Assembly: GCA_965225785.1 (NCBI GenBank)
Contig: CBDDBV010000022.1
Coordinates: 44,803 to 108,802 of the forward strand
From: Bryobacteraceae bacterium
GTDB lineage: Bacteria; Acidobacteriota; Terriglobia; Bryobacterales; Bryobacteraceae
Length of the DNA: 64,000 nucleotides
Direction of reading: 5' to 3'
Each line of letters opens with the position of its first letter. Within the stretch, counting starts at the first letter, position 1. Below are positions 58,477 to 64,000 of the stretch, one piece after another. The position numbers and the translations under genes were made by a program. Below the pieces are notes generated by a model. That model saw nothing but the letters and a program-made list of their open reading frames with translations, was not told the origin of the DNA and searched no databases.

Positions 58477-59595
58477 TTAAACCATCAGCCCGCGCCGGGC
58501 GAGTTCCGCCCGCGACTCCTGCACGCGATCATGAGCGATCTGGCCGTTCAACCACTCGGCCAAGTCGACCAAGCCGCGCTCCAGCGTGACTTCCGGCTCA
58601 AACCCGAGAACCTTTCGCGCCCGGCCGATATCGGCGAAGCAATGCCGGATATCGCCCACGCGGTATTGGCCGGTTACCTCCGGCTGAATCCCACGGAAAT
58701 TCAACGCCTGGATGACGCGGCAGGCGAGCTCACCGATCGAAATCTGAATGCCGCTCGCGATGTTCAACGTTTCGCCATCGGCTTCCTGGACTTCGAGCGC
58801 CAGGCGGCAGGCGCGAGCGATGTCGTAAACGCTGACGAAATCCCGCAACTGCCTGCCATCTTCGTTAATCAGAGGGGCCTTTTGATTCAAAAGGCGGGAC
58901 GCGAAGATGGCCAGAACGCCGGTGTAGGGGTTGGACAGGGCCTGATAGGGACCGTAGATGTTGAAAAAGCGCAGCGCAGCGGCGGAAAACCCGTAAGAGC
59001 GAGCCACCATCAGGCACATGCGCTCCTGATCGAACTTTGAGAGCGCGTAGACGGAAGCCAAGGTCGGCTGCTTCCATTCCGGGGTGGGAAGCGGCGTTAA
59101 ATCCTCACCCGCCTCGTCGCGCACTTCCCAGTCGCCCGCCTTCAGTTGATCGAGCGTTCGATCCACCGCGTTGCGCGTTTCCCCGGCGCTGTTTTGATAC
59201 AGGCCCTCGCCGTAGATGCTCATACTGGAGGCGACGATGAGGCGTTCCACCGGGCGCTTAATGAGAGCTTCGAGCAGTACCGCCGTACCGACGTTATTCA
59301 CGCTGGTGTACCGCTCGACCTCATACATGCTTTGCCCGACGCCGACCAGGGACGCGAAATGGTAGACGGCATCCACATTTTGGAGGCAACGCTCAATGGC
59401 GCGGGGGTCGCGGACGTCGCCGACGACCAGTTCCACTTCTTTGTTCAGGTAGGCGGGACGCCGTTCCTCCCGGCCGTGAACCTGGGGATGCAGACTGTCC
59501 AGGGCGCGAACTTCATAACCTTTGGCGAGAAGCTCATTGGCAACATGCGCGCCGACGAATCCGGCGCCGCCCGTGATCAGTACCTTTTTCCCCAT
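58477..59595 (-). CDS. NAD-dependent epimerase/dehydratase (extended SDR)
   Basis: LITGGAGFVG, VGVGQSMY, SSMSIYG, YALSK, RFFNIYG and NPYTGV motifs; GGAGG RBS. Confidence 0.93.
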   Translation of the reverse strand: MGKKVLITGGAGFVGAHVANELLAKGYEVRALDSLHPQVHGREERRPAYLNKEVELVVGDVRDPRAIERCLQNVDAVYHFASLVGVGQSMYEVERYTSVNNVGTAVLLEALIKRPVERLIVASSMSIYGEGLYQNSAGETRNAVDRTLDQLKAGDWEVRDEAGEDLTPLPTPEWKQPTLASVYALSKFDQERMCLMVARSYGFSAAALRFFNIYGPYQALSNPYTGVLAIFASRLLNQKAPLINEDGRQLRDFVSVYDIARACRLALEVQEADGETLNIASGIQISIGELACRVIQALNFRGIQPEVTGQYRVGDIRHCFADIGRARKVLGFEPEVTLERGLVDLAEWLNGQIAHDRVQESRAELARRGLMV

Positions 59596-59628
59596 TCCGC
59601 TGTTCCCTCCTGAGATCTTCTACTTACA

Positions 59629-59644
59629 TGCAATGAGAGTGCCA
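59629..59644 (-). promoter_or_regulatory. sigma54 (-24/-12) promoter of the 12-gene operon
   Basis: The minus strand reads TGGCACTCTCATTGCA, matching TGGCAC-N5-TTGCW exactly, 33 nt upstream of the epimerase ATG. Confidence 0.85.
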
Positions 59645-59710
59645 CAAACTGTTTTATTATGTGTAGGTTAGAAAATTGTAAGTAGTTTTGTCACAATCCC
59701 GCCGTATGTT

Positions 59711-60352
59711 ATGACACGGTTACTGTTAATTCGGCACGGGGCTACCGACGTGATGACGACCCATTTGGCGGGCCGCACGTCCGGCATACCGCTGAACGAG
59801 GCGGGCCGCGCCCAGGCGCAGGCGCTCGCGAAGCGGCTGGTCAAGCCGGATGCGCTGATCACCAGCCCCATTCAACGCGCGCGCGAAACCGCGCAGATCG
59901 TTGGGGATCGTCACGGAATTGCCCCGCAAGTTCGGGACAGCTTCGTGGAATTCGAATTCGGGGAGTGGACCGGTCGCACGTTTGAAGAGTTGCGATCGGA
60001 CGCGCGCTGGCAGGAGTTCAACCGGCTGCGGGATTCCGTTGTTGCGCCGGGCGGGGAGTCGATGCTGGATGTGCAACGGCGGGCGCTGGCCGGGCTGGAA
60101 GAATTTCGGGGTGAAGCGTATTCCGGGAAGACGATCGCGATTGTGAGCCACGGGGATGTGATCCGGTCGCTGTTATTGCAAGCGGCCGGGTCTTCGGTGG
60201 CGAATTACTGGCGGTTCACAGTGGGTGCCGCGTCCATCAGCGAACTGGGAATGGAAGGCGGCGCGGACCGGATTATCCGGGTGAACGATTGCGCCCATTT
60301 GGAAAGTTCATGGGAACGCTCTTTGGGACGTCCGGTGCAAGATTCCATGTGA
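59711..60352 (+). CDS. histidine phosphatase (PGM family)
   Basis: LIRHG, SPIQRARETA, EFEFGEWTG, PGGES and VSHGD motifs. Confidence 0.92.
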   Translation: MTRLLLIRHGATDVMTTHLAGRTSGIPLNEAGRAQAQALAKRLVKPDALITSPIQRARETAQIVGDRHGIAPQVRDSFVEFEFGEWTGRTFEELRSDARWQEFNRLRDSVVAPGGESMLDVQRRALAGLEEFRGEAYSGKTIAIVSHGDVIRSLLLQAAGSSVANYWRFTVGAASISELGMEGGADRIIRVNDCAHLESSWERSLGRPVQDSM

Positions 60353-60378
60353 CTTCTACGCCTGTATAGACTATTCTG

Positions 60379-60714
60379 ATGGTTCTTGCCATGCGCAAAC
60401 CGAATTTGCTTTTGTGTTCGCTCGCCTTGCTGCTGACGGGGTGTGCGTCCAGCCACGACCGGAGCATCCGAGCCCGGGAAGAACGGCCGTTTCCCAACCC
60501 GACCCTAGGGACGGATAACCCGGAATCGCAGTGGTACAAGACGCAGATTCTCGCGTCTCCATCGGCACCGAGCACGACCGGGGCGGGCGCGGTGGGTTCG
60601 AGCACGACAGCCGTGCCGGGCACGAACAAGCCCGCCCGTCTGAGCAAGACGCCTTCGCCGACCACACCGGCGCCTCCAAACACGAAGGCGGGCAGCACCG
60701 GCGCGAGCACATAA
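60379..60714 (+). CDS. small lipoprotein with Pro/Thr/Ser-rich tail
   Basis: Lipobox LLTGC; TAGACT 6 nt before the ATG. Confidence 0.7.
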   Translation: MVLAMRKPNLLLCSLALLLTGCASSHDRSIRAREERPFPNPTLGTDNPESQWYKTQILASPSAPSTTGAGAVGSSTTAVPGTNKPARLSKTPSPTTPAPPNTKAGSTGAST

Positions 60715-60770
60715 GCGGCACTTAACAAGTATTTACTGAAAGGATTCCACAATGCGCGCACTTTATAGGA

Positions 60771-61313
60771 ATGCGCGCCATTATCTTTCTTTTTGCCGCC
60801 GCTTTGCTCTGCCGCGGCACCAGTGTTCCCGCAGTTTCCTTCGAAGAACTTATTCGTAAATCCGATCGAATTATTACGGGAGATGTCGTTAAATCGACGA
60901 CTTCGTGGGGCAGCGAGCACAAGTATATCTGGACCCGGTATGAGATCGCCGTCAGCGAGGTTTTAAAGGGCTCGGCGGGGAAAAGCGTGATGGTGAGCGA
61001 GCCTGGTGGGGCGCTGGACGGCGTGCAGATGCGGGTGGCCGGGGCCGTCCGATACAAGACCGGCGAGCGGGTCACCCTATTCCTCAAGGCTTACGGCGCC
61101 GATAACCGGACTGTGGGGTGGTCGCAAGGCAAGTTTTCGATCGACGCGAATGGACGGGTGCATCCTGTCGTGTTAACCGGAGCGGAGACCGTAGGCGGCG
61201 CGCCGGCTTCGACGCCGCTGCAACGTTTGGATGGCATCCGGCTGAGTGAATTGCGCGAGCGCGTGCGCGCCATTAACGCTACCGCCCGAAGCACGCCGGA
61301 GAAGCTTCCGTGA
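60771..61313 (+). CDS. secreted OB/TIMP-like domain protein
   Basis: Signal peptide; SFEELIRKSDRIITGDV..IWT...V.EVLKG..PGG..GERVTLFL..GWSQGKF; GTGA overlap with the next gene. Confidence 0.7.
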   Translation: MRAIIFLFAAALLCRGTSVPAVSFEELIRKSDRIITGDVVKSTTSWGSEHKYIWTRYEIAVSEVLKGSAGKSVMVSEPGGALDGVQMRVAGAVRYKTGERVTLFLKAYGADNRTVGWSQGKFSIDANGRVHPVVLTGAETVGGAPASTPLQRLDGIRLSELRERVRAINATARSTPEKLP

Positions 61314-63295
61314 GACTGCTGTTCGCGTGTCTGTTGATGGGATCGTCGCTGGCTTCGGCGTACGTGCGTTTGCAGGATGGCGCGGTGTTCGAACATCCCG
61401 TGGACAGTACGAATATCGAGTTCTATCTCAATACGCTGGCGGCGCCGGGATTGAAAAACGCCGACGGAGCGACCTGGATTGCGGCGGATGCGGACGTGGC
61501 GGGCGCGGTTAACGGCGCGCTTGGGGCGTGGAATTCCGTCTCGACCGCAAACGTGCATTTCGCGGCGGTGCAGCCGACGGCATCGCCTGATGGAACAGCG
61601 GGCATGAACGTGATCGCCTTCGACGATACGCCGGAAAACCGGCTGCTCACCGCGGGCGCGGCGGCGGTGACGGTACGGATTCTGGCTCTGCCGGATCTCA
61701 CGGGCGTGTTTCTGAAGACGGACATCATCTTCAACCCCACGGAGGGTTTCTCGACCAACCTGGCGGCCGGGACCTATGATTTGCAAGCTGTCTTAACGCA
61801 TGAGCTGGGGCATGCGCTGGGGGCGGATCATAGCGGGGCGCTCTGCGCGACGATGTTCCAGGCGAGCGCTCCGGCGACCAACAACCGCGCCCAACTTTCA
61901 GCGGACGACATCGCGTTTGTCTCGGCGGCTTACCCGCGATCAGGTTCCGGCGCAGGGTTGGCGGCGGACGGGACGATAGCCGGGGTGTTGACGGACCAGA
62001 ACGGAAATATTCTTCACGGCGCGTTGATCTCGGCGGAAGATCCGGTTTCGGGGGTGATGGTGGGCGGGTTCTCCAGCCCGGAGGACGGGACGTTTTCATT
62101 CCAGCTTCCGGCGGGCGCGTATCGGCTATGGGCCGAGCCGCTCACCGGCATGGTCCAAGCGGCCGACCTATACCTGCCGACGGATGAGCCAGTGGATACG
62201 CAGTTTCAACCGGCGCTGTCGCCATCCCTGGTGAACGTGGCGGCGGGATCGATATCGCAGGTAACGCTGGCGGCCACCGCCGGTGCTTCTCCGATTGCAA
62301 TCCAGTATGCGGGGGCGGTTCCTCCGCACACGGGGACGTTTAACATTTACGCCGGGCCGGCGGCGATCCCTTCCGGCGAAGATGTCCCGTTTGTGATTCA
62401 GGCGACGGGATTGTCTTCCGATTTCGGGGACGCCGATGTCACGTTAGTGGGGCCGGTGACGCTGGTGCCAGGATCGGTGGTTTCATTGGGAAATTCGCAG
62501 TACGAATTGACTCTGCATGTGCCCAGTGCGCCCAGTACCACGAGCGCGAGTATCGTCCTCGATTACCACGGGAATACTGCCGCATTCTCGGGCGGATTGA
62601 TCATCGAGCCCGCGATCCCGGCGTTCCCGGCAAATGGAGTGGGAAATGTGTTCAGCTACGCGAGCCAAGCGGTGGCGCCAGGCGAAATCGTCGCGATTTT
62701 CGGGACAAACCTCGGTCCCGCGGCGGGGATGAGCGGCAGCTTCGACCCGAACGGAAATCTCCCGGCCAGCGCGGGTGGGATACAAGTGACCTTCAACGGA
62801 CACGCCGCGCCAATTTTCTACGCGAGCGCGGGACAGGTGAACGTGGAAGTGCCGTTTGAAATCGCGGGCGCGGCATCCGCCAGCGTTGTGATTTCGAATG
62901 GCAGCGTGGCGAGCCAGTCCGTCGAGATTCCTGTACAAGCGTCGGTTCCCGGTCTGCTGGGCTCGGCCATCAATCCGGACGGTTCCTTGAACACCGCTTC
63001 CAATCCCGTGGCCGGCGGGCAGTACGTGATTCTCTATGCGTCCGGGCTTGGCATGAAGACGGCGGCGGTGGTGACGGGCGGAGAAGTGGTGGGCGCGCAG
63101 CCATCGGCGGCGGCGGTGACGGCGAGCATCAACGGCCAGCCGTATACGCCGGAATACGCGGGGGCCGCGCCTGACTTCACCGGGCTCGATCAGATCAACC
63201 TTTCCATCCCGGCGAGCTTGCCATCGGGTAAGGCGATGCTATCGGTGGAAGTTAATGGCCAGACGAGCCAATCGATTGCGGTGTGGGTGCGGTAG
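61310..63295 (+). CDS. matrixin (M10-like) metalloprotease with carboxypeptidase-regulatory-like and Solibacter-type C-terminal domains
   Basis: HELGHALGADH zinc motif, ATMF Met-turn, LSADDI; C-terminal VAPGEIVAIFGTNLGP and GLDQIN. Confidence 0.88.
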   Translation: MRLLFACLLMGSSLASAYVRLQDGAVFEHPVDSTNIEFYLNTLAAPGLKNADGATWIAADADVAGAVNGALGAWNSVSTANVHFAAVQPTASPDGTAGMNVIAFDDTPENRLLTAGAAAVTVRILALPDLTGVFLKTDIIFNPTEGFSTNLAAGTYDLQAVLTHELGHALGADHSGALCATMFQASAPATNNRAQLSADDIAFVSAAYPRSGSGAGLAADGTIAGVLTDQNGNILHGALISAEDPVSGVMVGGFSSPEDGTFSFQLPAGAYRLWAEPLTGMVQAADLYLPTDEPVDTQFQPALSPSLVNVAAGSISQVTLAATAGASPIAIQYAGAVPPHTGTFNIYAGPAAIPSGEDVPFVIQATGLSSDFGDADVTLVGPVTLVPGSVVSLGNSQYELTLHVPSAPSTTSASIVLDYHGNTAAFSGGLIIEPAIPAFPANGVGNVFSYASQAVAPGEIVAIFGTNLGPAAGMSGSFDPNGNLPASAGGIQVTFNGHAAPIFYASAGQVNVEVPFEIAGAASASVVISNGSVASQSVEIPVQASVPGLLGSAINPDGSLNTASNPVAGGQYVILYASGLGMKTAAVVTGGEVVGAQPSAAAVTASINGQPYTPEYAGAAPDFTGLDQINLSIPASLPSGKAMLSVEVNGQTSQSIAVWVR

Positions 63296-64000
63296 AGGCC
63301 AGCGTTTTGCCGGCGCTCAGGAGATTCGCGAAAATCCGGTAGGCGCCGGGAACTCCCGCGGGCAGTTCGCGGAACCAGGAGTATGCAGTGAATACGTAGA
63401 CTCCCTTGCCGTAACGGGTATAGAGGTTACCGCCATCAAGGTCCTTCTCGCCGGCATCGTGGGTGGCGAACAACGTGGCGTAATGCGGATCCCATTTGAA
63501 AGCGAAGTATAAGCCGCGCTCCTGCACCCAGTTTTGGAAATCCGCGGGGCCAATCGTATTCGGGCTATTCAGGAGCGGGGACCGCGGCTCGGTCAGCGTG
63601 ATCGGCGAATCTTCTTCCACCACGCGGTCGCGCGAGAGTTCCAATGGGTATGGTCCCAATGGGCCGGGCTGAACCGTCTTATCGGGGAACCGCGCGAAGT
63701 CGAGAACGTTGTATTGGACGACCAAGGTGCCGCCCGCCTGGACGTATGCGAGTAAGCGGGGCTCGGCGGCCTTGAGATCATCCCGGACGTTGTAGGCGCG
63801 CACGCCGGTGACGATGGCATCGAAGCGCGACAGGTCACTGCGCAACAGATCGTCCTGGCTCAGAAGGGTGACCGCGCCGCCCATCTGACGGATGGCATCC
63901 GGCACGGCGTCCCCGGCTCCCATGATGTAGCCGATGTTGCGGGCGAGCACGCGTAATTTCTCGGGCTGGAGCGTGCCTTGAGCGGGAAGGAAAATCACCT
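63252..64000 (-). CDS. 3' end of a large PIG-L/LmbE-family protein (class I GATase-like C-terminal domain); start outside the window
   Basis: IGYIMGAGD.VP, FDAIVTGVRAYN, GGTLVVQYN, WVQERGLYF and FRELPAGVPGAYRIFANL motifs. Confidence 0.8.
   Translation of the reverse strand, partial: VIFLPAQGTLQPEKLRVLARNIGYIMGAGDAVPDAIRQMGGAVTLLSQDDLLRSDLSRFDAIVTGVRAYNVRDDLKAAEPRLLAYVQAGGTLVVQYNVLDFARFPDKTVQPGPLGPYPLELSRDRVVEEDSPITLTEPRSPLLNSPNTIGPADFQNWVQERGLYFAFKWDPHYATLFATHDAGEKDLDGGNLYTRYGKGVYVFTAYSWFRELPAGVPGAYRIFANLLSAGKTLASTAPTPQSIGSSGH

Noticed and set aside
1-64000. CRISPR arrays, tRNA/rRNA, IS elements, prophage
   Set aside because: No regularly spaced repeats, cloverleaf motifs, or transposase, integrase or capsid genes seen on manual reading; short ncRNAs could have been missed.

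Overview
High-GC bacterial chromosomal segment that most likely comes from an Acidobacterium of the Solibacter/Bryobacteraceae type. The evidence is three proteins with the Solibacter-type (TIGR03437-like) C-terminal domain, an acidobacterial VWA protein and a TrbI/VirB10-like secreted protein. It is mostly housekeeping: rimO-yacG-pgpA-NHL-cinA, recQ, polX-NUDIX, mutY, rpsO-pnp, SurA-like PPIase-yhaM-waaF-waaC-trmJ, ABC-F, nadD, cyclophilin, bcp, tonB, dcd and msrB. Several compositionally atypical two-gene islets are interspersed: small protein + retropepsin, HExxH protein + small partner, small protein + HEPN, and small protein + Dcd. The main accessory system is a 12-gene minus-strand operon (47610-59595) resembling the uncharacterised 'rhizo-twelve' cassette. 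It encodes an epimerase, a B12/radical SAM enzyme, six glycosyltransferases (four CgeB-like), a nucleotidyltransferase, a methyltransferase, a PIG-L deacetylase and a clan GH-A hydrolase that appears circularly permuted. A consensus sigma54 promoter precedes it and a divergent histidine phosphatase flanks it. Reading the DNA directly gave genes missing from the ORF track: yacG, a 48-aa Cys/His-rich metallothionein and a 37-aa Trp-rich membrane peptide. It also showed a recurring leaderless promoter layout (-10 hexamer, 6-nt spacer, start codon). I saw no rRNA, tRNA, CRISPR array, integrase or transposase. All family assignments come from motif recognition, not database searches.
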